Positions 1-14,053 of a stretch of DNA of 64,000 bases are shown here, in pieces. Origin of the DNA: Ptychomitrium polyphyllum (Eukaryota); NCBI GenBank assembly GCA_973851085.1, contig OZ316776.1:15624001-15688000 (forward strand), in the 5' to 3' direction. Below the pieces are notes generated by a model. The model was given only the letters and a program-made list of their open reading frames with translations, was not told where the DNA came from and did no database searches. Both the position numbers and the translations under genes were made by a program. Within the stretch, counting starts at the first letter, position 1; the number at the start of each line of letters is the position of its first letter.

Positions 1-1952
1 CGCCAAATCCTCGTTCGATTTCCTGTTCATAAATTTCTCGCTTGATTTAGTTATGAAATTGCTTTACTACACGATAGACATACGCAAAGGAAATGTGTTC
101 TCATGAAAACCTGATTCATTTTAACAGAATAATCACTGAGATGAGTACTAATGTCATCACGCACCTATTGACATACTTCAACTCAATTTCATCAGCTGCA
201 CCAAAAAAATGTTTTCGTGACATCCTGCACGAAAGATATTCATGAGGTTAGTCAACAAAAAGTGACAGGTTTTATGTTTACTTCCCAACCAATTCGTAGA
301 GTTATGCTTTTCTTGCCACTTACCGATCATCCCATGTGGCAAGGCGGCTCGTAAGCTGGGCAACAACTTCTTGCACACACTTGGGAGCCTCAGAGCCACC
401 CGCACCCACTAAATCCTGCAACAGTAGCGCAGGTATGTCGGTCAATTTCTTAAAGCTTCTCTTACGACCGATACGTCTAACCTTTAAAATGATCATCCAC
501 ATTTAAACTAAGGCATAACTAGATATGAGTAAGGGGTTCAAGTAAGACTAAAGATGGTAACATAGAGGTACAGGGAGTGTATAATACTTGGACTTCCAAA
601 ACACCGAGCACGTTAAGATTAGGAACAATGCCCTTGACGTGCATCGATGTGATCAAGAAATTTTGTGATTGCCATGAACGAAAGACCACAGGTACGTCCT
701 CTTCACTACGAGTTGGATCACCCACAGAATGTCCAGTGAGCTCAAACAGCAAACCTCCTGCCACTCGTACAGGTACCTAGAACATTTTCTTCAGTGTCAA
801 CCACCCTGAGGCTTGGAAAAGGAATATAGTCATGTCATTTGTGGCAGAAACATCACTGCAGAAATGTTTTAATCAGTAGGTAAAAATTTTAAACACAAAG
901 AAAAGTGGGGACCTCGTAGAGCAGATGTTTCATTCGGTCACTTATAAGTCGTTTCTCATCTCGAAGAGCAACGCTAACAGCAGGATGCAGCCACTGTGCA
1001 CTTTGAAAGAACTGTTGGATTTTGGGATGTCTGGCATCCACATGACACCAGAACGTCGGCCCTGCCCGCATTTGCCAGTAAGGTTGCGCTATATCCGCAA
1101 CGCTAAGAGTATCATCGTCGTCAGAAAATGCTTCGTCCGTAGACCAGTCCGTATCAGTCTATGGGCAACAACCAATTTGTAAATGGAAGGCATACGAATG
1201 ATCACCACACAAGCCCAAACAATTAATGCCAGATGGTTGAGTATCTGTAAGGGTGAAAATATTCCACTCTAGTAAAGAAACCGAAATCGAAGAAATTAAT
1301 TGAAATCCAAATTAGCAATTCTCCAATTTGAGCTATAACTTCGCCGTCTTTGATAATGGACTTCAATTGAAAATATAATAAAATTATTTCACCACTACAG
1401 CAAGCTAAGGAGACACAAATGAACTCTAGAACAAAATAAACTGCTTCTCCACACGTCAAACCATCTTCCAGAGAAGAGGCACTTGCACGATGCTGATGTC
1501 CAGTGAAAAGGCAAAGAACTAAGTTTGAAGTAATAGGAAGTCAATCTGCAAAGATCAATTATCACCTGTATTGCTTGAAACAACTCAGCAAGCCGGTTCC
1601 AACCAATAGGGATCCATTGATTACTCAATCCCTTCCTCCCCTTACTCGGGAGATGACAAAGTGGACCGCCACGGCTTGGACTCGATGTGCTCACAGCGTT
1701 CTCATCATCTTTCTTCGGCATAGCAAGCCCTTCAAGGTCATATCTCGAACTACCTGGTGCCGACTTTAGAGACTTCTCTCCTGAGTTTTCTAATAATGCA
1801 GAAGGTTGTTTCAGAGAGATTTCCGCATCAAACCTCCCTTGGACAGGTCCTTGGCTGTTGAATTCGCCACCCACTTTAATCTTTTTGGAATGAGGAGGAA
1901 TATATTCGTACGCACAAAGTAATCCATCCCGCCATAAGTCTGATGTACCCAT
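1..1952 (-). CDS. Plant CorA-like Mg2+ transporter family protein (At2g42950/At1g29820 type), 3' part runs off the window
   Basis: Spliced exons 1952-1566, 1158-913, 776-588, 415-324, 224-177 and a further exon near 1-40 give DLWRDGLLCAYEYI...WIPIGWNRLAELFQAIQ/TDTDW...GPTFWCHVDARHP...WLHPAVSVALRDEKRLISDRMKHLLYE/VPVRVAGGLLFEL...EEDVPVVFRSWQSQNFLIT.../...RLATWDDR/MSRKHFFGAADEIEL, which are motifs of this plant family. The true start may be at 2075 (see findings). Confidence 0.88.
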
Positions 1953-3192
1953 GCTGACACCTTCGGAGAACACAAATACGGCAGGTCACGGCCTGTTGGA
2001 GAATCCACTGACTGGTTGGTGCTTCCAGGATTGTTCTTCAGAAAACATACCCTTCTCAAATCCTCCCAAATCCATAAACCCTCAGTCTAACCACACTCGC
2101 GTTGCCCCTTTCAATCTACACACAGGAATTTATTTTAAAATACAAAGCATTTAGCTCTCCCAATAGGGTTAGCACCAAAAACCAGTTGCATTTTGCCTTC
2201 AAGACAACCTCCCCAAAACAGGACATCTAACAGTTGCTTCACAATGTTGAACGAATATTGTACACAAACGAAATTTGCGAATTCTCTATTATGAAAGAAG
2301 CCCACACTTTGACTCACACAATCACTCTACTTGCAACAGCCCTACACCTCCAGCCTGAACTCCCATGCAGGTAGCCACAGCTAAATGCCAGCACAGCACA
2401 CATTCTGCTCCTCAAATCCTATGGCACAACTAACAATTATGGGCTGCAGCAGCATTTCTTATCATTCACCAGCCTCACATCCCAAGTCTAACCCAAACTC
2501 GAAGAAACACACCAAGGACCCCACTTTCATGTTCTAGTGCAAATTCCACCTTCCACTCTCCCAAGTCAAAGCTCCAAACCTTTCACTCACAAGCAACTCC
2601 CTCCTCATCTCCAGCAGCCTGGGAAAACCAACAAGAACATATGAAGAAGAAAATACAAAGGCAAACCGAGAAACTTGTCTAGTTTTGTTTCTGTACTCCT
2701 ACTCCACCCACTGTCTAGGCACAACCCATGCACCTAACCTCACCCAGATTCTCAACGAGTGCATGCCATGATCCTGGAATAAAGCACAAAGGGTCACCAT
2801 TCAATTCACTCCAGCAAACACACAACTAACTAACTACTCCACCCTAGAAAGCGACCCCATCTCAGAAAGCATGCTTTAGAGTGGTTGATGGCTTACGGTT
2901 AGTTGAAGTGAAGCGTCCCCGTCCAAGCACGGCCCTTCCAGGAGTCCACGGAAATGATGAGATTTTGCTAGTCCCGGGTGGAGTAGGCAAAGGCGAAGGC
3001 AACGATGATAATCATCACGGTTGACCACTTGGTTTGTTGGACTCGTTCTGTGCCTACCAACATCATCATCATCACCATCATCATCTGGGTCCCTCGTTGG
3101 TGACTCCCCAAAGGTGAGGCCTTCGGTGGCTGCAATGAGACCACTAGCCTTTGAGCACCTTGCCAAAGTGTGCAGCTCTGTTCTCTGTGCTC

Positions 3193-3334
3193 TGTGCTTG
3201 TGTGCTTGTGTGCTTGTGTGCTTGTGTGCTTGTGTGCTTGTGTGCTTGTGTGCTTGTGTGCTTGTGTGCTTGTGTGCTTGTGTGCTTGTGTGCTTGTGTG
3301 CTTGTGTGACTTATGTGCTTGTGTGCTTGTGTGC
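3193..3334. repeat. 8-bp tandem repeat (TGTGCTTG)x~17.5 in the upstream/5' leader region of the CorA-like gene
   Basis: 14 perfect units at 3193-3304, one variant unit TGTGACTTA, then about 2.5 more units. Confidence 0.97.
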
Positions 3335-6300
3335 CCAGAGTCAACCATATCAGAAAATCGTCCTTGCATCGAACACCATCCCAATCTACAGTACTGCTGT
3401 TCTCTGAGACGTCATGGTTATAAACCTTGGAGTGCGTGTAGTGGAGAGCGACCTTTATAACATCCCTCTCTACTACTCTCTAAGATGTTATGGTTATAAA
3501 TCTTGGAATGTACCAGAGACGAGACTTTTAACCTTTTTAACCTTGGATTGTGGGAAAAAATGACTTTTTACCTTTTTATTATTATCTTGAAGTGTCTTAG
3601 AAATGGTTGATTCTATTGTCCAACAATGGATATTTCAATACTACCCTATCAAGCACATCTGTAAGATTGTCATTGATGAATTGTTAGAGTTTAAAAATTG
3701 GGATATTTTTATTTATTGGTTTTGATAAAAAAATTATTAGTGTTGTAATGGAGAGTTATGATTCAAAGTCATTTGTAAAAACTATTGAAAAATAATACAA
3801 AATTAGTGGAATTGGAATGATTTCTTTGGCAAAAGTTAAATTATTCAATATTGAGGGGTTGCTTTTGGAAGATCTCTATGGTATCATCATAGTTGAATCT
3901 TTAAAACTTTAAAGTTACATGGTCCTTCAGTCATGATCCTTTGTATTTATTTATTTTCTATGTGAGGTGAATATTGATTATTTGTAATTTAACATTTTTT
4001 TTTATGAATGATTTCACTAATTTATTTATTTATTCTTTCTTAAATTTTTGATTGTTACAAAAATAGTTCAAATTGATAATTTTCTTTTCATTACTTAATA
4101 ATAAGTATCAAACATAGGTTAGTCAAAATATAATCAAATCAAATAACCAAAATCAATCTAAGTAGCTACAAGTAATTTGAATGTGATTTATAAAAAGCTT
4201 CCACATCAACTATTTATATTCCTACATAGCCAAAATAATAAAGAATCACCACCTTTGTTGAATTGATTTATTTTGTGCAAAAATATATTTTTCATTTATA
4301 AATATAAAAAGTATATTTAAAATTCGACTGATTTTTTTTCTTTTCATTAAAACTATTTGTTTTTTTCAATACTTGTTTATAACTATAATGGTACAAATTT
4401 TCAAAAATGTCAAAAGTTTTGAAAAAAAGTAAAATCCATCTTGATCCTAAATCACACCTTATAAATAAGCTTGATAAATTTTTATAAGATTTATCAAAAT
4501 TTTAGTGATTGAAAATTTCACTTAATCTTTCAATATTTCAAATTCTAATTTTTTATTAAAATTTTGTCATTTTATCTATTTTTCTAAGAAATGACGTGTT
4601 AAAAAGTAAGCCAAGCATGTTAAAATTAATTTTGATTTTAAAAGTGTCAATATTAAAATTACAATTAAAAGGTAGATCTTGTTATATTTATGATAATTTA
4701 TTTTTTATAGTTTCAAAAAATTGTTTGATTTTTCATTCATTCAAAATAAATGCATAAAATTTAAATTTGATAAAAATTGTATTTGTGCACTACATCCTAT
4801 TCTATTTTTAGGTTTTATTTCAAATTAAAAAACTTCTTAAATTCATTAAAAACATAAAAAATATTTTTTAGAAATCAAATTATTGTATATTAAGATATTT
4901 ACAAGATTCTTTTTATTTTTGTAATAATTTTTTAACAAAAAAAAGAGAAGATATCAAAACTAGTGCAAAATCTAAATTTGCACATTTTTTTTTAAATAAG
5001 ATTTTTTTTGAGTTTAATAAATGGCAAATTTTTGGAAAGTTTATAAAACATTTATTTAGTGTATTATAATTTATTTTTATTTTTAAAAATGCATTCTTAT
5101 ATTAGAATTATGTAAATATCATGGAAAGTATTCAAATTTAATGTTGCAAAATTACTACAATTCTCTTGAAATATTTCAATGTTTTATTTTTTAATATTCT
5201 TTTCAAAATTTATATAGCAATTTTTTTTGAAAATCAATAGTTTTCACCATAACTAGGAATGAAGTGAGTCAAAGTCCATGCACCACTCTTTGCTAAATAA
5301 TATTGGTAGTAAAACAAATCAAACAAAACAAAATATAAATTTTAACATAATAATTGTTAACATATGCATGTTCTAAAGTCAGAATGTATAAAAGATTATT
5401 GTATTTAACATACATACATATAATACTTAATTTTTGACAAAGAATATTTTCCATTTGAAATTAAAAGATGTACATATGTATATCATATATGTAATATTAT
5501 ATCTATATAAGAATAATGGATTTTTTCATTACCAAGTATGAATAAAAGATGGTCAAATTCAATTGATATTTATTATCTTAACCAAATTTTGAGAAAGCAC
5601 TTGGTACAAGACTTTTTTCAAGGAAATTCATTTATATAATACATTTATCATATATACATTTGTAACTCATATACTTGTCACAAGTTGCCATTACCAAAAT
5701 CCAAATAAAATAATGTTTAAAAAAAAATTATAATTTTTTTTCTTTTTGAAATATCAAAAATTAATCACAAGTTTATATGATTAAAAGTTTAAATATTGTC
5801 ACTATGGCAATACATCATAAAATTTACAAAGCATTTCAAATTGACCAATAAGTAACTTTCTAATTTAATACAATATTACAATATATAACAAGTTACTTAT
5901 TTGTACTTTTTTGAATTATCTCTAAACCTACAAATCCAAAAAAAAAATTAAATGCTTAATTGCATAAAAAATTTGGTTGATCTTTGAAAAGAAAAAAGAA
6001 CAATTTATTGTCAATAAATATTAAATGTAATTATACATTTAAATACATTTTATTTAAAAACACCACTTGTAACTTTATTTTTTCTACAAACTTTTTTTGG
6101 CCTTATTTATTAATGAATGCAATCAAAATCATAAGATTTATAATAGCTAAGTCAAACCTTTGTCATTTTTTGTACAAAATAATGAGAATTTGTAAATATA
6201 TTGTTAACATTAATTTTGTCTTGCATATTCTATACTCTTAATAAACTATTGAAAAACAAGTTGAATATATAGATAATGATTATGTGCAAATGGAGTTGAA

Positions 6301-8693
6301 TGTGAGAGAATGACATAAAAATTAAGTAATTCTAAAAATGACACTATTTATCTTTCATCCATATATTAATTAAAATCACTCATCTTCTTAATAATATAAT
6401 GTTTTTTTCATATTCAATGAGATTATAGATGCTAATAGTTTGCAATGGCTACTAGGCTATTTTATAATTTATTTGTATATTTATATAATTTTATGATTCT
6501 ATTATTTTTTTGGACACAAATCGAGTTTATTTTATATTAATTATCTTTTGTTATGAATTACTGGTGAAAATCATAACTAAACCACGACAATATCATAATA
6601 TAATTGAAAGGTAGTATTTGTCAAATTTGCTTTAATAAACAAAACATCATTTTCTAATTTATTTAATATTTAATAAATTGAAATGAAGAGTTTTAATAAG
6701 AATATTGTAGTACGGCCACATAAATAGCAACTTATAAAATAGGCCATTGTTTAATGAAATTAGTTTACAACTATTAAAGAACAACAACTTTTATAATAAA
6801 ATATCATAATCATTTATTTATTATATACCAATTCTTAAACAACTAAGTATAAATTTATTCTAATATTTCTTTTTCAAAACATAAAACTTGATCAATATTT
6901 CATTTTAAATAAAACCTTTTAAAACCATATACAACATTTTGTACCTTTCTAAGATTTAATCAACTTTTCATTCACTAGTTTTATAAAATTTATAACTTAT
7001 ATTGAATACCTTTTATAGTATATGGTTTTGTTTCCATTTTGATTTTTATAAAAGTATAGATGCTCATACTTTGCATTTTTTTTACATTCTTTTAACTTCA
7101 AAGCTACAATATTAATTATGTGAGTTTTTAAAATTTTAGAAATAGAAGTACTTTTTTTGTTTGGAAACTTTGTTGCTAAAACCAAAAGTTATTTTAATGG
7201 CCCATCATCTATTTTAAAGATCTGAACTAGTAAAAAGGTAGCATGCTATAACTTTAACAATAAATAATAATATCATGTCAATTACAATACAATTACAATG
7301 TATCACTTCACTTCTATTTTGTTAATATTCATTGGTGCTACAATTGCCAATAATTTGTAGTAGCCACTAGACCATGCCATAATTAAGTGTAACATAAACT
7401 TCAATAAATCATAAATTCCTTATATAAAGGTCATTGTATGAATGTTTTTATTGTTGAATGAAATACAAGGCAAATTTGAATTCCACATAATCAAAGTTCC
7501 ATTTAATTATAATGAAAATTTCAAGTTTGTTCAAACAATATGATATTCAATAACATGTTTTTTTTTCACTACTACCCCTTATATTCTTCCAATAGTACAA
7601 CCACCACCATTCTAAAATATGTTTATGTTTTTTCACCCTCTTTGCACAGCTAGTTTAACAACTTATAACATGTCATCATTAAAGCATGAAAATAATAACT
7701 TATATAATAGAAGGCATTTTTTTATTGTTTGTACTTCTTTGCATTCTTAAATGAATTGTTTCTTGTTGTCTTAAACTTTCATATTCATTATATTACTTTA
7801 ATATCAATTGTCTAAATTTTATTACTTATATACACTTCTCTTTGTCAGTTCCTTTTAGTTTTTTGCTAATTTTCTATCTTGTACAAATGACCATCTTCTT
7901 TATTAATTCAATAAATGGCTCATTGACATTGCGCATTGCAACAATAATTATTTCTTTTATTGTCAATGTAAATGTGATGCTTTAATACTTTGTCATGTAT
8001 GTTGTAACAATTCATAATAACGTAGAATAATTCTAAAATCCTTAGTGCAACAAAAATTAATAATAAATTATTAGTTTAGAAAAAAATTATAAATAAATCT
8101 ATAATTCTATTGTGCAAGTTTTGTACATGACATCATTTCAGTTTTGATTCTATGGTGAGATATCCATCATGAATATTCTTGCATATAAAAAAACATATCA
8201 AGTTTGTTTTCCATTACAATTGCTTGCATGTATTGACATCTAATATAGACTTAAATGGTATAAATCTTGATCTTCCAGCACGAGTTTTTTACTCACATAT
8301 ATTCATTTTTGCCATATCATCTTATGATTTAAAAAGACCAAAGTTGAATCATTTAGTATTTATTTTTGCCATCCATCTTTGTTAGTTTTAAAAACATGAT
8401 ATGTTATAAATAAGTATATATATAATTTTATTCTTTTTAAGAATATAAGCATACTTCTAATAATAAGGCACAATATCAAAAGTAATTTGTGTAATATAGT
8501 AAATTAAAAAATATAACAAAATTTGGTATTTATTGTATGAACTTTTTGTATGTATAATCATGATGTTTTACACATCCAAAAACATTATTTATATGTCTTT
8601 TTTTGTAACAATGTGATAAGCAAAGTATACAATGTGATTGAGTTGCAAAATGCATGTATAATTAAGTTGACAATATTCATCTTACATTTTAGT

Positions 8694-11600
8694 TTATCTA
8701 GATTTTTTAGATCTTGTTTGTTTTGTATTTTCTTTATCCAACATATCAAGCTCATTGTCATGCAACTATAATCCAAACAACCACATATTACCAATGGTAA
8801 GTGCATGAGTTCTAGAAATTATTAGAATAATCCAAAGTGTTTTTAAGGATAAGAAGAAATATGGTGAATTTCAAAAACCATGATGAATTAAAGAACATCA
8901 ACCTCTTTCAATAGTTGCCATTGTAGTTTATGTTGTTCTTGAAGAAGTCGCCAGCGTAATCCAAATGTAAATTCAATGGTGCCTCCTTGCCCAACATGTG
9001 AAATTATAGGACTTTCTTTGCAATCATCATTCAATAATTCATACTTTGGTTGTACATTAATGTAACCAGGAAATTTTAATATTTCTGTCACCAATTCTTG
9101 ATTCTTGTACAAACTTGCAATGACTGTTCTGTACATAATTATCATCTACATAACTTACTTGATGGTATTTTATAATACATAATAAAAACAAATGATACAC
9201 CATCGGCTATGTAAACTTATAATTAACTAAAAATAATAATTTTTCAAAAGTATAGAATTCCATATACTTAATAATCAAACTGATGATTGGGACCATGGCC
9301 ATTCTATTATGTAAATTAGTAGATTACCTCCCTCTTATTACAAGACAATTTTCACATAAAGTTTGAAAAACTTCCTCAGCAATATTAGAAGTCATCAACT
9401 TGAGTAACGCCGAAGCTGCAATTTCCACAGTCAAGGAATAGTATTAAAGTTATTTATATGATTTAGAAAAAATAAATAACAGCTATTAATTAAGATTTTT
9501 TGAATCTATAAAACTTCAATATTAAAATTAGTATAATTTATAAGATATATTATACATGAGTGTATTTTCGCATGCATGTCTTTTAAATAACTAAAAAAAT
9601 TAAAATCAACATTGTTTAAATAAGAGCCTTACTTGTGTTATAAAAACAACTAGTGGGCATTGTTTTTTGCACTTCACATTTGGTTTTCAAAACCTTTGAA
9701 AGAACTTCCTAAGTAAAATTTTACAACATTAAGCATCTTAATTAATGCCTGGTCTTTCAAATATATCACTGAAATCAAGTAAAACTTCAATCAAAATAAC
9801 CATTTACCAATTCATCTGATTTAAATGTGATTAAGGTGCAAAAGAAAACCTCTAAATCTGTAGAATGAAGCTCAGGATCCACATTATTTAATAAAACAAT
9901 TCTTTTGGCTATATTTACTTTGTTGACTTCTTTCTCCAATATTTCCTATTAAAACAAAAAACAATTAAAAAATTGATGAAAATTATTTGTGTGTTTAATG
10001 TTATAAACAAAAAAAATTATAGTATACTTCTGTAGAACCATTGATTTATTTTTTCAATTAAACTGATAAAATAGATAGCTTTATAAATTGAATTATAAAA
10101 GATTCAAATTTACTTCATATTTGAATTCAGAAATCTGAATTGATGGTATGTCCAAAATATGTGGAGAAGCATCTTTAAATATTCTTGTAGAAGTTGGATG
10201 ATCTTCAATTTGTTCCACATTTGAGAAATTTACATCTTTCAAAGTTTCAGTGATTGTAGATGATTGTGGTGTAACTAAAAGTGATTTTATGAGTGATTGT
10301 TCTTCATTTGTAATAGAATCTTTACCATCTTTTTGAGAATCATGAAATTCTATTGTAGCTTTTTTTTTACTTTCATATTTTGCATCTTTAGGTTTTATAT
10401 TATTATTTTGAATTCTATTTGTAACACCACATTTTGTTGACTTTCTTATTGTAGGTTTCTTCAATACTCTATATGAGACAAAGTTTGATGAACTTTTGTT
10501 TTTTCTATTTTGTGTAGTCTTTAAAGCAACCTTTTCCTCTTCAACAAAAGTTTCATTTGTTTTCTTTATAGTAATAGATTCATCTGGTTTGTCTAATCCA
10601 ATTTGTGAATTTACAAGCTTTAAATTATCTTCATCCTTATTTAATTTGCTAGTTGAACTCTCTGACCTTTCTAATAGCTCAAATAAATCTTGCATTGGAA
10701 ATCCCTCACAAGTTACGTGGATATCATCCGCATTGTTTCCTACTCCTTCAATAGTATGTTCCAAAACCGTTGGTGCATTTGTCAAAAAGCTTTCAATCTT
10801 ATCATCCTTCTTATCATTTTTAGCCATATTCAACAATTCTTTAAAAAAAAAAGGTTCATGATATTTTTTTGATAGAATCAATTCTTTTGTTGGTAAGGTT
10901 TGAATAACACCAACATCTATAATCTCGTTTTTAGGCTCACTTATTGATTCTAAAGTACAAATTTCTTGCTTTGATAAGGGTACATTGACAGTGTTAATAA
11001 TAGGTAATTTAAAATTTTCAGATGCAGGTGATGACTTGAGTTTTTTTAATTTTTTAAGTTTTCTTGGTGATAGGATTTCTTCCTTTACTGTAATTCTTTT
11101 TCTCTTTTCTATAATCTTCCTTTCGGATGATTGTTCTGTAATTGATGGAGGTGAATTACAATGAAGAAGAGGTAATGCATTTGTATTATTTTGATTCATT
11201 GGCATTGCATACGAACCAAATGACTGGCATAAAGTTCTTTTGGGAGATGGAATCTAAGAAAATATAAATCCAAAAACACTTTAAAATGACATTAAGACAT
11301 TTTCATAATAATGATTATTTATAATGCATAAATGTTTCAATATCAAATTATCAAAAAAAAATTGGTTGAAACTGATATTTTAAATAGGAACCTTAAAATA
11401 TTAAAAATATTATATTCAATGGACAAATCTTCAAATCATCAGCATTAAAACATTTAATCTGTAATTTTGAAAACATGATTAAATGCTTATTACATGTAAT
11501 TTAATTTGGAATGGTATGATGCAATCTCAAGCAACTAAAAGACCGATTATGAATAATTATTCAACCAATCATTTTGTAAAATAAATAAGTATATATGTTA

Positions 11601-13024
11601 ATGAAGATTTCAACCTAAATAAATTTAATAATTTAGGATTAAATTAAAGGTCAAGCATATTACAATTGAATTTGAATGCTCTTCAAGTTTGTTACTCAAC
11701 CATTCCTTTTTATTATAAACTTTTTGAGCTGCATTTTAACATGTATTTAACATTGTGACAAAAATCAAATTAAATTTTAATCATTAATGAAATTATATGA
11801 CCTTATAATTATTTGAATGCAAAATTTTTAATAATGAATATATATCAACTTTATGCATTTAAATTTGATAGTTTAAGTTATTTTCATCTAATTTCATTTA
11901 AACATGTTAGTATTATATGTGTATGAATATAAATATATCATTTATTCATTCATTCACATGAAATTAAATTGACCAATCAAATGATTTTATTTAATTATAA
12001 TACTACCTCCTATAGCTTCTACTACACCATCGAGGCTGATAATCTCTAAAGTATCACAATTGAATGCTTTATTAAAGTAAAATTCGCAAGCATTAAGATG
12101 TTCACTTGAAGGCAAATCATTAAAATCATCTTCTGCAATGCATAATATTTTGCATTTATTAATGATAACACCCTGCAATAGATTAATGAAAATTCAATAT
12201 AACTTTAATTTGTATATATAAATAAAAACATTTGACATATAATTTTATAATAATTTTATAAGTAAGAATTATGAAACTTATCATGGTTTCATATTTCAAC
12301 CAATGTCGATAATGTTCATATTGTAATTTATGTTTATATCATGTTTTATGATATTTCTACTTTTCTCAAGAAGCCATCCGTTTGGCATTCAACAATAGTA
12401 TAGGTTATATTATGATAAACTAAACTTATTTTAAACCCATGCATTTGACACAGTGATGGTAGATATCACACCAATATTAAAAGAACATGTACCAATACAA
12501 CTTACCAGAGATACAACATTCTCCACATTATTGATGTTCCGAATATTGCTTATGTTATAACAGCTTACCAAGAGGTTTTTATTTTCCACTCCAATTCCTT
12601 CTCCAAATGCCAAAAATAATTCCTTTGCACCAGGCGAATATTCTGTTCCTTTTATAGATGCTGGAAGTTCCGAAGGTCGAAAAAACCATCGTACAGTGCA
12701 AACTTTGAGACCATTTTCTTCTGAAAGTTTCATGATCTTTCCAATATAATCCAACTGAAGCCCTGATCTACAACGAACGCAATCATTAAGGGCATATATT
12801 TCATCATTGATCTTCACAGTTTTATAATTGTTTGCATTCTGTTTGATTCCCCATACAAAGTCTTTGTTGTCAAGATTATCCATTTTTGTTTTTGATACAA
12901 CACACACATCGTCTATTGTGGAAGCCAATACATCGTCATTTGTTTTTTTACTCAACGCATCTTTTACCACTGTACTTAGAATTCTTTCTTTGTTTAACTT
13001 TTTTTCATCATATCCAATACTCAT
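8694..13024 (-). CDS. ASI1: ASI1/IBM2/SG1-like BAH-domain + RRM protein, divergent and AT-rich, 9 exons, 794 aa
   Basis: Exons 13024-12569, 12172-12007, 11728-11664, 11253-10114, 9945-9850, 9708-9633, 9415-9328, 9128-8903 and 8765-8694 all have GT-AG borders and join in frame (2385 nt including the stop). BAH region: YALNDCV..YIGKIMKL..VRWFFRPSEL..ELFLAFGEGIGVENKN/..KCKILCIAED..FYFNKAFN. RRM region: IVLLNNVDPELHSTDLE/EVLSKVLKTKCEV. C-terminal SHVGQGGTIEFTFGLRWRLLQ resembles the ASI1 TSH.SQPN..E..MAMEW.L.Q motif. Confidence 0.85.
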
Positions 13025-14053
13025 TTGGCCTTTTGTATTGACTTAATTTAAACGTTGTAAGCTCCAGAAATTTCCAATTGTATTCCAACCAAAATCAAAA
13101 GAAAAGTAATAATAAAAGTATGGATATCTATTTTGATTCAATAAATCAGTAGTTGAAAACCATAATAGAAGTTAAATATCAAACTAAAAAGTTGTTATTT
13201 TTGAAATAATAATATGTATATAAATTTGGAATAGAAGATCAAACTTATATTTTTGGAATGCTAAAAATGAATTCAATTCTTTAATTAAAAGATTTTGAAG
13301 TTTTTGAAGTCTTACATTGATATACACAAATTTATTACATACTTTGTCACACATATTTGTATTTACATTAAATGTATTTTTTACTTATAAAAATCAAAAC
13401 CCTAAAAATTTAGTTATTTACAATGAATTTGTTGATTTTAATATCATAGGTTCTATATTTGATTTATTAGATGGTTATAAAAGCATTTGTAAAACTGTAT
13501 GTGGTTTTTAGTTAATTTTTAAAGAAGGAACCAAGTTTTTAAGAACTAAGTTGCAAACACAATGATCACTATGTGTGGAATTAAAAAAAAAAACAAGCTT
13601 ATCCTTTCTAACAACATAAAAAAATGCAAAAAAATCTTATAAATCTACCATTGAAAGAAAACATTGAAGTAGCATGCACTATCTATTTCTATCATTTTTT
13701 GGGCAAATTAGTGAACATCTTTATGTCCAATATTTTTTAGAAATTATTTATAAAATGTTCCAAATTAGATAATTATTAAATGAATTAGAAATATTCATTA
13801 TTCAAAGAAGTGTATAAGTAACAGATTTAATTCTTGCATACATGCCTCAAGTTTATCACTTGTAGAATAATTTTTGTTTAGAATATTTTTTAAAACTTTT
13901 AAATTAAAAAATTATTAAAAAAAATTAAAAAATTAAAAACTTAAAGTTTATTTTCTATAATTTAAGTTTGAACCAAAATTTTAAGGCATTTGATTCTTCT
14001 TTGATTTAAAGGATGCACATATATAACTTTAATATGACTTAGCTTGTGGCTGT

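Noticed and set aside
3193..3334. Possible CRISPR-like array
   Set aside because: Contiguous tandem units with no spacers, in a eukaryotic context.
2968..3460. ORFs with TSTQAHKH or CACVLVCL repeats
   Set aside because: They are translations of the stop-free 8-bp tandem repeat in several frames, not proteins.
3603..8400. Protein-like stretches with scattered stops (for example + 3750-3935 and - 7320-7500)
   Set aside because: They may be decayed genes or transposons, but there is no recognisable motif or consistent exon chain.
10496..10872. Plus-strand ORFs of 121 and 60 aa
   Set aside because: Antisense shadows of ASI1-like exon 4.
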